63,255 nt of DNA, filler included, from Chiloscyllium plagiosum (GCF_004010195.1; 6 parts of one record of this genome joined end to end with filler, not necessarily neighbours in it), one strand, 5' to 3'. Positions 12,660 to 24,940 are shown, counted from the first letter of the whole stretch. Notes: generated by a model from the letters alone, not told the origin. Translations and numbers: made by a program.

Positions 12660-12960
12660 TAATGGATATGGAGGTGGTGAGCTGCTCATTTATATTGTGG
12701 TGGATTCTGGGTCTGTCCAACTGTCTACGGCTCCCAACTCAGAAAATTGCCTGAGTTGCAAGACCCTCTGCACTGTAGGGTTTTCAGGATTATGCATAAC
12801 AGAGCCACTCTCCTAACCCATTAACTCCAGTATTGAACCTGCCACTGCGACTGATGCTGCCATTATTTCAGACTCTTGCCCAGTCGCCCTCCTGAGCCGG
12901 CAGAACTTGTGCAAATTGAATGCCAGTATCCACTGTTCCTCTGAGGGTCTCACATTAGAG
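12660..12960 (+). pseudogene. pro: Retroviral aspartic protease remnant
   Basis: IVVDSGS (DS/TG active site), TVGFSG (flap), SDSCPVALLSRQNLCKLNASIHCSSEGL (matches CPV.LLGRDLL.KL). One in-frame stop. Confidence 0.8.
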
Positions 12961-13329
12961 AACCCGGACGTCCATTATTCCATGCTGCGGGCAGTAATTT
13001 CACACAGCCCTGAACCCTCTGACCAGGTAAGCTCCTGATGCACTTGGTCATGCTCCAGTTCACCTGCCTGCGCTCTTCTCGACCCCTACTTGCCCTGTTG
13101 TCAATGGCCCCTTTCTGGAAACAGTTCACTGATTCTCTGCTCCCAGTGGGGTGCGTAATTGATGGTTTTGACTTGTCATGCATCCCACCAGAATTACTTG
13201 AAAATTACGACACACCACGGTGTCATGTAATAACGAAGTTAATTCTTGTGAAATCTAAGGTCTTCAAGGTGACCTTCTTAACAAATGCGGGTGCTATGAT
13301 GTTGTTGTACCTCTGCACTGACAGCTGAA

Positions 13330-14400
13330 GTGACGTCAAGCTGCTATTTGTTTTCTCGATTGGTTTTGATCATTCTGGCTCTCCTCTGATTGCCTGAGGA
13401 CGAGAGGAGGCCGACAAACTGGGAGCTTTCTGCGTGGTTTCTGGTGTAATTTTCAGAGGGGATGAGGAGCTTCTGTTGGTCACGGAAAGTGCCTGTGAGG
13501 CCCCCAACCACCACTCCCCGAAACAGCACCAATCCCCATAATGCAATTACTGCAGTCAGCAGCTGATCTACCCTGTCAGGGCACACTATATCCTCCTTAC
13601 CATGACCTTTTGGAAGGACAGTCTGCTGCCATGGATTTGCCAATGGCTGGATATGATGTGTTTTGCTTTCAATTTCACTTTCATTTCTGGCCACATGTAA
13701 GTTCTTCAGTTTAACCTTGTAACCCTTCCAGAAAATGTCCGCTCGCTGGTCCCTTTTTGTCAAATTAACCAGGTTCCCCACACGTACTCACCACCTCAGC
13801 AATCTCTCCCTGAACTTGCCCACATTGACTTATTGATCTTCTCCAGCCTTGATAGAACAGGGACTGTTCCTGTGCCCAAACAACCTGCAGGAACTTTAAT
13901 GAATCAGTGAGCAACCTGAATCTAATTGATGGTAAATGTTTGTTAGTAGCCAATGTCTCTCCAGAGCTGCTGTTTGAAAGTATAGGTAACAGCCTTTAAA
14001 TATGATTGCTGCATTCTCTGAACCGGAACATCCTCTGCCCACATTGATTGAACGCAGCCCCCTGCTGACCGACCGTTAATTGACCAGTTCTGACAATGTT
14101 GCATTCAAGACATTTCTTACCCTGCCCACGTTGCTACACCTCCTGATTCCAAACCTGGTCCCAGTATTTCATAGCTTCCAGTAATACTTTGGCACTTTTG
14201 CTCAATTCCACCACAAACTCCATTCCCGATCTATTTCTTTCTGCAATTTTGGGCAAGAAAGTTGGGATGCAGAGGTTCTATTTTGCACCCTTATCATTTT
14301 GTTGTCTCATCATTCCTGCACTTCCATTTTGTTTTCATTCCCTCTGGTTCCCCTTTTTTTCCTTTGTCACTAAATCCTTTTAATTGCTGCATTTTTAATT
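13330..14400 (-). mobile_element. Possible second LTR-element gag remnant in opposite orientation
   Basis: Minus strand VGKFRERLLRW*VRVGNLVNL...QRADIFWKGYKVKLK resembles a capsid C-terminal major-homology region. Many stops. Confidence 0.3.
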
Positions 14401-14768
14401 TCTGACGAAAGCAGATGGAACTCAGACAAAGTAAGAGTCTACAGCAGATTGTGAGCATTTGTTAATTGGCAATATAATAAGGAACGTATGATTAGGATTC
14501 ATTAAAATTTACGCTTAACACTTATTGGTGTTGAAATGTAAAGTCCACTTTCCCCCTTATGGACACGAAGTATTTTCCTCGATTTAATTTTCATATTTCA
14601 GATTCCAGTACAATCAGTTCAGTTCAAATGGGAAACGACAGCTAGAGTCGCAGTAGTCACTGTACTCCAACCTGATTTTGGACACGTGAGAACTTCAGTT
14701 TCTCTCCCCAGTACTCTCTCAATCTGAGCAACTTTCTCTGATTTCCTTTCCTTCACTTTTAAGCTGTC

Positions 14769-15595
14769 ATGCTCCAGGGAGCAATACTATTGGCTGTTGT
14801 TGAATCTCCAGCTCGAGTTGAGAGGATTATCTGCCATTGTGGGGTCAGAGACCCAGCCGCAGGGTGATGAGACTCAGGGGACAGGCCCAACAGCGCAGCC
14901 TCTGTAGAATCTCCATGTCTCAGTGTTCCCCAAGAGGCAAGGCACGACCAGGAAGGAGTCATTGTAGGCCTCACTTTTGTATGCACAGAGGGACACTGAC
15001 AATTACACACAGAGCTTGGACAGCCAGTTCCAAGGGAACCGATGTAACAACTGTGCCCAGTGACTTTGCTTCGGAATTGAACCTGCGTGTGTTTAGGACA
15101 GGAACTCTTCCAATGGGTTAAATCCAGCCATTCAAATGGGTCGAATATCTACTGTACGAATACCTGACCTACTGCCTAACACCTAATGGAGAGTATCATT
15201 TACAGTAGATTCTAGTCGATTGTACAACCAGAGAATTACAATGAAAAGCATCAATATTTCTCTGCATTAACTCATTCAGAAAGGAATCATTCCATTTGTC
15301 AGGTATTTTTTGGAGAAGCACAGGCTGTCTGTGCATGTCAGGCCACTGCAAAAACCTAGACATAGACTCTGTGGTAATCAACTGGGGACCTGAAAACTCT
15401 GATGGGGAGGCCTTCCAATAGAATGTGGCCTTCACTGTCTGTGCTGTCACTTATTCCTCCCGAGAAGGTGGTAGAGAGTGAGCTCACTTCCTTAACCACT
15501 ACAGATTCCTGGAATATTTGTCCCTGGGTCAGCACTTTCAATCATGGGGATGGATTGGAAAAAATGAAACTTTTCAGATTGGGAATCTGATGGGA
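14769..15595 (+). pseudogene. Possible retroviral env (SU) remnant
   Basis: Polypyrimidine tract plus AG before an ATG, signal-like MLQGAILLAVVES, then Cys/Trp-rich frames. It lies downstream of gag-pro on the same strand, but no diagnostic TM motif is visible before the gap. Confidence 0.3.
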
Positions 15596-15695
15596 NNNNN
15601 NNNNNNNNNNNNNNNNNNNNNNNNNNNNNNNNNNNNNNNTTAATTAATTAANNNNNNNNNNNNNNNNNNNNNNNNNNNNNNNNNNNNNNNNNNNN
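15596..15695. other. Artificial contig-join spacer (44 N + TTAATTAATTAA + 44 N)
   Basis: The same 100-bp structure occurs at 38724-38823, 49992-50091, 56299-56398 and 59543-59642. The 12-mer has stops in all six frames. Confidence 0.95.
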
Positions 15696-15919
15696 GATAC
15701 GACGTGGTAACTCTGGTTTCTCTGTTCAGATGTTGCCAAAACTGCTGAGCTTTTATCAGCAATTTGTTTTTCCCTTATTCTCTCCCTGTTCTACGAATTG
15801 CTCGCCTCAATTCGCTTAGAGACTTTGTTCTGCTGTACATCAGCTTGCTGACAACACATGGAATTCCAGTCTCTAACCCAGTCTAGAGTAAATGAATATA
15901 TAATCCCAGCGGTGTGGAA

Positions 15920-16175
15920 TTCCCCTGCCCTATCACTGTACATTTCCCTGACTCATGCACCTAACCTTCACATGTCTGATCACTATGGGCAATTTAGCAT
16001 GGCCAATATTACTTAACCCGCACATGTCGTAGCAAACCAGACCATCCGAAAGAACCCTTCGCAAACACGGGGAGAACTTACAAACTCCATTTACAGTCGC
16101 ACGATACTGGAATCAAACACGAGTCCCTGGAACTCTGAGGCAGCAATGCTAACCACTGAGTCACTGTGCCACCCA
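15920..16175 (-). mobile_element. HE1/V-SINE, diverged
   Basis: gggcaatttagcatggcc, acggggagaac, aaccactgagtcactgtgccaccc. Confidence 0.8.
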
Positions 16176-17392
16176 AACAGTTATGTTTAAAATTGGGACT
16201 GGGAATACAAAAAGCTGCAGTTTAATTTCTGCGACATTCAGTTTCTCCACAAATAAAGTTTTATGGAGTACATCAGTTCAATAAGGCAGTTCACTACCAT
16301 CTTCTCAAGGGGTGATGGGAATGAGGGATAAATGCTGAGCCCAGCCAGTGAAGCTCACGTGCGAGGAACAAACGAAAACTTCATCCCTTTGCCTTGCTAA
16401 TACCTTGCTGCCCCTGCAGATTAACCCAATGTGTTTTAATATCCCAGGACACACAGATCCCTCTCTACGTCAGAGTCCTAGAACATCTCCCCATTTAAAC
16501 TAAAGTCTCTGTCGATTCACCCTGACAGTCTCCACTTTGTATTGTAATGGACAGGGCTTTGCCCATTCACTTACCATCGCAACATCGATCTGTTTGACAA
16601 CAGCTTACTTCCACTTCACAATTTACTTGTAAACTAGTTTCATCAATAATATACTCAGTTTTTAGATCAAGACTGACTTGAGCAGATGCCTTTTGGAAAT
16701 CTCAAAATCCTTCTGTCACTCTCTGTTCCTTATTCAGTGTGTCTGCCTGTTTCGCTCTGCCCGCCCAGAATATCTGTGAATTGCCACATTCATCCGTTAT
16801 CATTTTGGAGATGCTTCATGGTGTCCATACCTCCTGCACGATCACAGTAAAACGTCTTCACCTCCCTCGGCCCAAGTCCTGGTCATAATTGCCAAACTGT
16901 CCAAATATTTGGTGACGCCATCACTTTAACTCTCCCGATTTGTGTCCAAGGTTTTGGAAAATGATGTTGAATCAATTAATAGGATCCAGAATAAAGGAGT
17001 ACTTGACTGAAAGTAAATACAGTTCTACTAAGGGACTGTAAAAAAAAACAACATCGGGATTTCCAAACATCAAAGCTTCATTAAACTATCCTGGATGTCA
17101 GACAAACAGGACATTCACACACCTGGGTCGGACTCAAGACTCAATTCCCCCGACACTGAAAAGTTCCTGTATCAAACAACATACGGTATTGGAATCAAAT
17201 GCAGTTTTTGTGAGCAGGACATAGCACATCGGTTGAGGAAAATTGTCCCTGTGGATGTTACGAATCAGGAATCTAATTTAGAATCCAAACTGAACAGAAA
17301 CAATCCAGTAAAGAACTCTGTGATGAAGTTCTGGAATACATCTATTTTCGTTGAAAATGGGAACCCTCTTGGATAACAATCGAGAATTACTG

Positions 17393-17460
17393 CGTGTGTG
17401 TGTGTGTATGCGTGTGTGTGTGTGTGTGTGCGCGCACCCGCGCGCGCGTGTGCACGTGTG
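17393..17460. repeat. (TG)n/(CG)n microsatellite
   Basis: Direct reading of the sequence. Confidence 0.95.
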
Positions 17461-17662
17461 TTTCTGTGGTGATAGTTGAGATTGAGTTAAATTTCTATCA
17501 CTTCTCAGATTATACATATCTTCCAAATGTTTGGTTAGGCATCATCGATGGCACTTTACTCTGTATTTAACCCTGTGTTGTCAATTAATCTCTAATCTAA
17601 TCAGTCCCAGTCGATGTTTGGAAAGTTAAAATCCCCTACCATAACTACCCTATAAGAAAAGT

Positions 17663-17981
17663 GGGCGGCACGGTGGCACAGTGGTTAGCACTGCTGCCTC
17701 ACAGCGCCGGAGACCCGGGTTCAATTCCCGCCTCAGGCGACTGACTGTGTGGAGTTTGCACGTTCTCCCCGTGTCTGCGTGGGTTTCCTCCGGGTGCTCC
17801 GGTTTCCTCCCACAGTCCAAAAGATGTGCAGGGTCAGGTGAATTGGCCATGCTAAATTGCCCGTAGTGTTAGGTAAGGGGTAAATATAGGGGTATGGGTG
17901 GATTTCGCTTCGGCGGGTCGGTGTGGACTTGTTGGGCCGAAGGGCCTGTTTCCACACTGTAATGTAATCTAATCTAATCTA
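17663..17981 (+). mobile_element. Young full-length HE1/V-SINE
   Basis: Intact A box (tggcacagtgg), B box (ggttcaattcc), V-domain, LINE-derived tail and (TAATC)n end. Confidence 0.95.
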
Positions 17982-18562
17982 TGTCACCTAATCTAAAGCT
18001 TTCTATATACTGTTTTCAATGTTCCAACCGTTGCCACATCCGATATTTGCTCGTATCCTTTTCAGACTGTCCTTCAGCCACTCAGTGACATCCCAGACTC
18101 AGGGAGGCAGCGTGCTACCTGGTGTCGCATCTACATTGTCACAGATATCTGCCTGATGCCCGAACAATGCAATCCCCTTATCACTATTGCTGTCCACTTC
18201 TTTTGTTTTCCTTCATTAAATTCAGAGAAGGATCATTTAAACTCGGAAGCAACAAATGTTACTTTTCGATTTGAAAATGGAGGGAGGCAGAAAACAGGGC
18301 CACTGCTGAAATTCTGTCCAAGCAACAATGTTAAACCTTTTCATCGTTCTGTGTTTCCTAACATTTATACATTTCCTGTTCTATAGTATTGAAGTATTTT
18401 AGGGGGTGGGTGCTGCCTTGTTACGGAATGATGAAATGAGAATAAATGACCTAGTTCTCCAAAAATATCTAGTTGCTTTCATTCAGAAAGTGGTTGCTGG
18501 TTCCTCTCGTGGCGGCCAGGGGGGATCGCTTTCCCTCACCTCACGGCCCTGGCACGAGTCAC

Positions 18563-18617
18563 CTGTTGCCTCCTCTCGCTTCCTCGGTGTCAGACTTTCC
18601 CCGCTGGTTGTGGCCAT
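18563..18617 (-). CDS. Probable first coding exon of an unidentified gene (MATTSGESLTPRKREEAT-)
   Basis: AGGATGG Kozak context and CAG|GTGACT donor (phase 1), embedded in a locally CpG-rich, repeat-free segment next to promoter motifs. Confidence 0.5.
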
Positions 18618-18680
18618 CCTTTTCGTGACGTCACTGCGCAGCCGCTTGAGCCTTTGCGTCATTCTGGGCATTGTGAGACT
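18618..18680 (-). promoter_or_regulatory. CpG-type promoter: CRE (TGACGTCA 18626-18633), TGCGCA (NRF1-like, 18635-18640), ZNF143/SBS-like site (18660-18677)
   Basis: Perfect CRE palindrome. Minus-strand CTCACAATGCCCAGAATG resembles the SBS consensus ACTACAATTCCCAGCATG. CpGs are retained in an otherwise CpG-depleted region. Confidence 0.6.
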
Positions 18681-19429
18681 CTCAGAAATAAAAGAATGAA
18701 CAGGGACAGGAGCAAAGTTTCCCAGAGAGAAAAAAAATCTGCTGCTTGTACAGTGACACTGGGAGGCCAGCAGAGTGCGGTATTTTATCACTTCAAAAAA
18801 AGAGGGACAGAGAGAGTCAGATATATTTCTTCAACAAATTTTAATTAATTCATTGATTGATCAACTCAAGTTAACACTTCTGGTAATATTGGATCGACAT
18901 CCTCACTCCCAGGCCCCCCTCCTCTGTCTTGGGGAGATCTTGTGCAGGAGGCCCTATTCTGAACAACATTTGCAGCTCTTGGACTGCTTGTGCTCCTTAC
19001 TCTGATCCCCTCCTCTTTGCAGTTCCTGCTGAGGTTCATTTTACAGTTGGCTACCATACACCCAGAAGAGCGTAAAATCTCACACACTCTCATTACTAGG
19101 ATGAATGTTTGAATCATAAGCATTCATATTACCTGTGTGGTATTTCAATAATCCCATGCATTGCTGAAACCTTCAGGACCATGGGCTTATAGCCGAGAAA
19201 TGGAATTTGTGTATGTGAATCTTCATTGTCTGCCAGGACCATTCGTTAACATGTTTCCCTCTGAGCTATAAAGAACAAATGAACACAAGAAATAGGAGCA
19301 TGAGTCTGGAATTCGGCTCCTCGAACCTGCTCCGATTTTTAATGCAATCATGGCCGATCTCATCTATGAAGTGCTTTAAGAGGTTAGGAATGGCAAACAT
19401 TAACTCCCAGATTGCTGAGGTACTCGATA

Positions 19430-19570
19430 ATTCGCCACGATCGTAATCGATCCATGCAAACCCCATCTCTCTGGCACTTCACTCATCTTGGAACATCTGG
19501 ATAACAAGGACACCTACATCAGACTTCTGTATATTGGCTTTAGCTCTGCCTTGAAGACCCTAATGCCAAG
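19430..19570 (+). mobile_element. Rex1/Babar-type LINE RT fragment
   Basis: ISLALHSS...[25 protein letters not shown], matching YVRLLFIDYSSAFNTI.P. Confidence 0.7.
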
Positions 19571-20224
19571 GAGAAAGTGAGGTCTTCAGATGCTGGAGAT
19601 CAAAGTTGAAACTTTATTGCTGGAACAGCACAGCAGNNNNNNNNNNNNNNNNNNNNNNNNNNNNNNNNNNNNNNNNNNNNNNNNNNNNNNNNNNNNNNNN
19701 NNNNNNNNNNNNNNNNNNNNNNNNNNNNNNNNNNNNNNNNNNNNNNNNNNNNNNNNNNNNNNNNNNNNNNNNNNNNNNNNNNNNNNNNNNNNNNNNNNNN
19801 NNNNNNNNNNNNNNNNNNNNNNNNNNNNNNNNNNNNNNNNNNNNNNNNNNNNNNNNNNNNNNNNNNNNNNNNNNNNNNNNNNNNNNNNNNNNNNNNNNNN
19901 NNNNNNNNNNNNNNNNNNNNNNNNNNNNNNNNNNNNNNNNNNNNNNNNNNNNNNNNNNNNNNNNNNNNNNNNNNNNNNNNNNNNNNNNNNNNNNNNNNNN
20001 NNNNNNNNNNNNNNNNNNNNNNNNNNNNNNNNNNNNNNNNNNNNNNNNNNNNNNNNNNNNNNNNNNNNNNNNNNNNNNNNNNNNNNNNNNNNNNNNNNNN
20101 NNNNNNAACAACTTTTGCAGCTCTTGGACTGCTTGTGCTCCTTTCTCTGATACCCTCCTCTTTGCAGTTCCTGCTGAGGTTCATTTTACAGTCGGCTACC
20201 ATACACCCAGAAGAACGTACCATA

Positions 20225-21003
20225 CACCCACGAACTCACCCTCCACTCCCAGCACCTTCCCCTGCCACCGCCAGAAATGCCCCTTGCGCCCAAAACTCCC
20301 CCTCACTTCCCTCCAAGGCCCCAAGCGGTCCTCCCATATCCGTCACAAATTCACCTGCACCTCAACACACAACATTTACTGCATCCACTGCACCCGATGT
20401 GGCCTCCTCTACATTGGGGAGACAGGCCGCTTACTGGCGGAACATTTCAGAGAACACCTCTGGGACACCCGCACCAAACAACCCAGCCGCCCTTTGGCTG
20501 AACACTTTAACTCCCCCTCCCACTCCGCCAAGGACATGCAGGTCCTTGGCCTTCTCAATCGCCAGACCATGGCAAAAGACGCCTGGAGGAAGAGCACCTC
20601 ATCTTCAGCCTAGGAACCCTCCAACCACAAGAGATGTATGCAGATATCTCCAGCTTCCTCATTTCCCCTCCCCCCACATTATCTCAGTGCCAACCCTCCG
20701 ACTCAGCACCGCCTTCTTGACCTGCAATCTTCGACCTGACCTCTCCGCGCCCACCCTCTCTCTGACCTATCACCCTCACCTTAATCTCCTTCCACCTACG
20801 CATTCCCAACGCCCCTCCCCCAAGTCCCTCCTCCCTACCTTTTATCTTAGCCTGCTTGGCACACTTTCCTCATTCATGAAGAAGGGCGTATGCTCGAAAC
20901 GTCGATTCTTCTGCTCCTTGGATGCTGCCTGACCTGCTGCGCTTTTCCAGCAACACATTTTTCAGCTCTGATCTCCAGCATCTGCAGTCCTCACTTTCTC
21001 CTA
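20225..21003 (+). mobile_element. Penelope-like GIY-YIG element 3' portion (inverted terminus at 19572-19636)
   Basis: KFTCTSTHNIYCIHCTRCGLLYIGETGRLLAEHFREHL (GIY-YIG with CxxC), followed by the pyrimidine-rich tail and terminal motif. Confidence 0.9.
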
Positions 21004-21004
21004 C

Positions 21005-21760
21005 AGGAAATAGAGCTTCGTGACATGGTGTAAAGACAGCAACCTTTCGCTCAATGTCAGCAAAACAAGGGAACTGGTCATTGACTTCAGGAATTGGACT
21101 GAAGGACACACACTGCTCTCTATCATTGGTGCTGATTTGGAGGTGATAGACAGCTTCAAGTTCCGAGTAATATCACAAACAATCAGTCAATCCATGTCAA
21201 CTCTACAGCTAAGAAAGCACATCAATGCATCTACCACCTCAGACTGGGAAGAAAATTTCGCATTTTGGTAATGACTCTGATCAATTTTAATATTGCACTG
21301 CAGAAAACATTCTATCCAGACGTTTCGTATGGTAACTGCTCTGGCCGTACTGCAAGAAATTGCAGAGATGCATGAACCTAACACAATCCATCACGCAAAT
21401 CATATTTCCTTCCATTGACTCAGTCTTGAATTCCCACTGCTTCAGGAATGCAGCCAACACAATCAAAGGCCCCTCCCACCACCGCAATGCTCTTTCCCAA
21501 CCTCTTCCACCAGACAGAAGATGCAAATGTTTGAAAATACGCACCAATGGATTCAGGAACAATTTCTTCCATGCTGTTATCAAACTTATTAATGGACCTG
21601 TCACATATAGAGCTGATCCTTTTCTGCACCTGTTCAAAAGCTGTGAAACTATATTAAACTGATGGCCTTATGTAAGGTATGATTTGTACTGGAGAGAATG
21701 CAACACAATATTCTTCACTGTTTCTCAGAATGTATGACTATCATAAAACAAGCAAAATCA
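21005..21760 (+). mobile_element. Rex1/Babar-type LINE 3' portion
   Basis: TWCKDSNLSLNVSKTRELVIDFRN; ...KIRTNGFRNNFFHAVIKLIN. Confidence 0.8.
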
Positions 21761-22189
21761 ATCTGCATACCATACGTCTGGGTCTGGTCTGCTCGATAAC
21801 ACTTTAAACCTATGTCTCCTGNNNNNNNNNNNNNNNNNNNNNNNNNNNNNNNNNNNNNNNNNNNNNNNNNNNNNNNNNNNNNNNNNNNNNNNNNNNNNNN
21901 NNNNNNNNNNNNNNNNNNNNNNNNNNNNNNNNNNNNNNNNNNNNNNNNNNNNNNNNNNNNNNNNNNNNNNNNNNNNNNNNNNNNNNNNNNNNNNNNNNNN
22001 NNNNNNNNNNNNNNNNNNNNNNNNNNNNNNNNNNNNNNNNNNNNNNNNNNNNNNNNNNNNNNNNNNNNNNNNNNNNNNNNNNNNNNNNNNNNNNNNNNNN
22101 NNNNNNNNNNNNNNNNNNNNNNNNNNNNNNNNNNNNNNNNNNNNNNNNNNNNNNNNNNNNNNNNNNNNNNNNNNNNNNNNNNNNNNNNN

Positions 22190-22965
22190 AAAAGTCTCTT
22201 CCTATTGATTGTATCTATTCCACACATTATTTTCTATACCTCGATCAGGTCTCCTCTCTTCCTCCTTCTATCCAGAGAGAAAAGTCCGAGCTTATTCAAA
22301 CTTTCTTCCTAAGGCAAGCCCTCCAGTCCAGGCAGCATCATGGTAAACCTTCTTTGCGCTTTCTCCGAAGCCTCTGCATTTTCCTATAGTAGGGCGACCA
22401 GAAATAGAGACAATATTCAAAGAGTGGTTTCACCAGGGACTTGTAGAGCTGCAGCAAAACATCGAAGCTCTTAACCTCAATCCCCCTTAATGAAAGCCAA
22501 ATCTCCATATGCTTTCTTAATAACCCTATCCACTTGGGTGGCAACTTTGAGGGATCTATATACTTGCACACCCAGATCCCTCTGCTCCTCCACACTGCCA
22601 AGGATCCTGTCTTTAATCTTATATTCAGCATTCGTATTCCTCCTTCCAAAATGCATCACTTCGCGTTTATCCAGGTTGAACTCCATCTGCCATGTCTCAG
22701 CCCAGATCTGCATCCTATCTATGTCACGCTGCAGCCTGAAGTAGCCGTTTATACTGTCGACGATGCCTGCAACCTTAGTGCCATCTGCAAACTTACTAAC
22801 CCACTCTTCAACCTCCTCATCCAAGTAATTTATAAGAACTACAATCAACACTGTCCTCCAGGCAGAATATTTTCCATCTACAACAACTCTCTGCCTTCTG
22901 TCAGCCAGCCAATTCTGAATCCAGATTGCCAAATCTCATTGTATCCCATACTTCCTGACGTTATA
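22190..22965 (-). mobile_element. CR1/HER1 LINE RT C-terminal fragment
   Basis: WIQNWLADRRQRVVVDG...SKFADGTK...LQRDIDRMQIWAETWQMEFN. Confidence 0.9.
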
Positions 22966-24399
22966 AATTAAAGTCCTCTACTCTTCACTGAACCAGGTTT
23001 GATTACTGGCTCCAAGTCATAACCCTCCCATTCATCTGCTTCCCTTGCCCTTCCATTTCTTCGTTGTCATGTCTTTGGAATGTACTTTGTTTAGAGCCTT
23101 GGTAAATTTGTACAGTGCATCTTGGAGGCTGTCATTGAGTTACACCATGCAGAAGGACTGGTTAATAGTCACACACAGTCTCTAACACACTCATTAAAAG
23201 GCAGAGCTCATAGGAACAGCTGAAACAAAAATAAACCAGGTTTCTTCAGGATTAAAGCACCAATCACTGACGCGAACAGAGAGAGCTCCTGAGCAGTTGA
23301 AGACTTCCCTGGATCTTGTTCAAAGTCCCAAGCTGTTCAGTTGCCTGAGAACTAATCACATCGCTGCTAGTCGCTGACAGCCTTTGTCAGTGGTGAACTC
23401 GTGGCCAATAATCAATGAGCTCCTTGTCACAAACAAAGGCTACACCTGTGTATAACTCCGTTCATCTCCAATCACATTTCAATTATTGGGTCACTATCAG
23501 GTGAATTGCTGTCAAACCTTGCAGCTATCCTCCACTTTCGATCTGTTTATAAGGTCGCTCTTTTCACATTTTAGTCCACAATTACACTCAATTCTTTTTT
23601 TAAGAAATGTTTTTATATGTATTCGCCCTGAGAAAACTAAAGTGCCATTTCAAAAACGCATTTACTTGCAAAATACATGATGCACAAGCTTTATAAAAAT
23701 TGCAGTCTATTTATTATTTCTCCCTTCTTGCAATGTTATACAACCTTCACAGTTCCAAAAGCTTTTGCGTATTTCACCATTTGTATTTTAGGACAATATA
23801 TCTGAATTCACATTCGGTTTTCAAGTGATGTGTATAATAAAATGGTTACAACAAACCACACCATCAAAATATGTTGCATTGTTAATTTGAAACTTTTAAA
23901 GAAGGCCAGTGGATTACAATCTGTGTAATTATGTATTTCATTGTTCTTTGTTGGGTGGTCTTCGAAGGGCTGAAGATCTAACAGCAATCCCAAAGTCCCC
24001 TTTCCTATTGAAGAGGACTTTTCCAATGATCCGCATTGATTGTAATAGAAATATCCTCCAGGTTCTCAATGCCTAATTCATCATCCTGGAACAAGACAGC
24101 ATGTCGACCCAATTCAGAAGCATCAGCGGCCATTTTGAAAAGACTGGAAAACGCAGGGATGGTAAAATAGGTTCATCGATTCAAATTGCTTTCATCCTTT
24201 CAACATTAACCTCGCACTCTACTAACTAAACCACCTTTCTCTTATTTCGTTCAAAAACATGTTAAAGGCGCAGCTGTCCGGACAAAATTATGAACAAATT
24301 ACCTGTAAAGTCAAACAATCCAAAAATCTATTAATTTCTCATTTAGTTTTAGGAAAAAGAAATTCTAATAGTATCACTTTTGCTGTCTCCATAAACATC

Positions 24400-24940
24400 T
24401 GTGCGCTTGTGTGTGTATGTCTGTGTGACTATATGTGCACGTGTGTCTCTTTAAGTCGGTATGTGTGCTTCTGTCTGTATGTGTCTTTGCACATCTCTCT
24501 GTATATGTGATTGTGTCTGAGTCTCTGTACGTATTTCCGTCTGTCACACGCACACAGAGACAGGCACAAAACACACACACACACACACACAAACGCGCAC
24601 GCACACGCGCGCACACACACACACACACACGTTTAAACATAACCAAAAGCAATGTATCACTTCAAGCCCAAGATGAATACACAGAGGTACAGATGTATTG
24701 GTGTTTAAACCACATTTCAATCGTAACCATCCTGAAAATAATAGAGAGCCCGTTGCACAGAGGTACAGACACAGAGATATGTAAACACACTAAGACACAT
24801 AATGAAACGCAAACACACTCACATAAGCACAGATAGTCAGGCAGAGATAGATAGGTAGACACACACAGAATCACAGAGACAGGAATTCACGATAATGCAC
24901 ACACACATTCAGAGAAACACATGCATAAAGCCAAACAGAC
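24400..24940. repeat. Degenerate (TG)n then (CA)n low-complexity tract
   Basis: Direct reading: TG-rich 24405-24545, CA-rich 24545-24630 and 24760-24940. Confidence 0.85.

Noticed and set aside
17663..17740. Functional tRNA gene at SINE heads
   Set aside because: The A/B boxes belong to HE1 SINE heads followed by the V-domain and LINE tail, and there is no cloverleaf.
19590..20223. Long ORFs in the ORF track (also 21715-22312)
   Set aside because: They run through N gaps and are artefacts.
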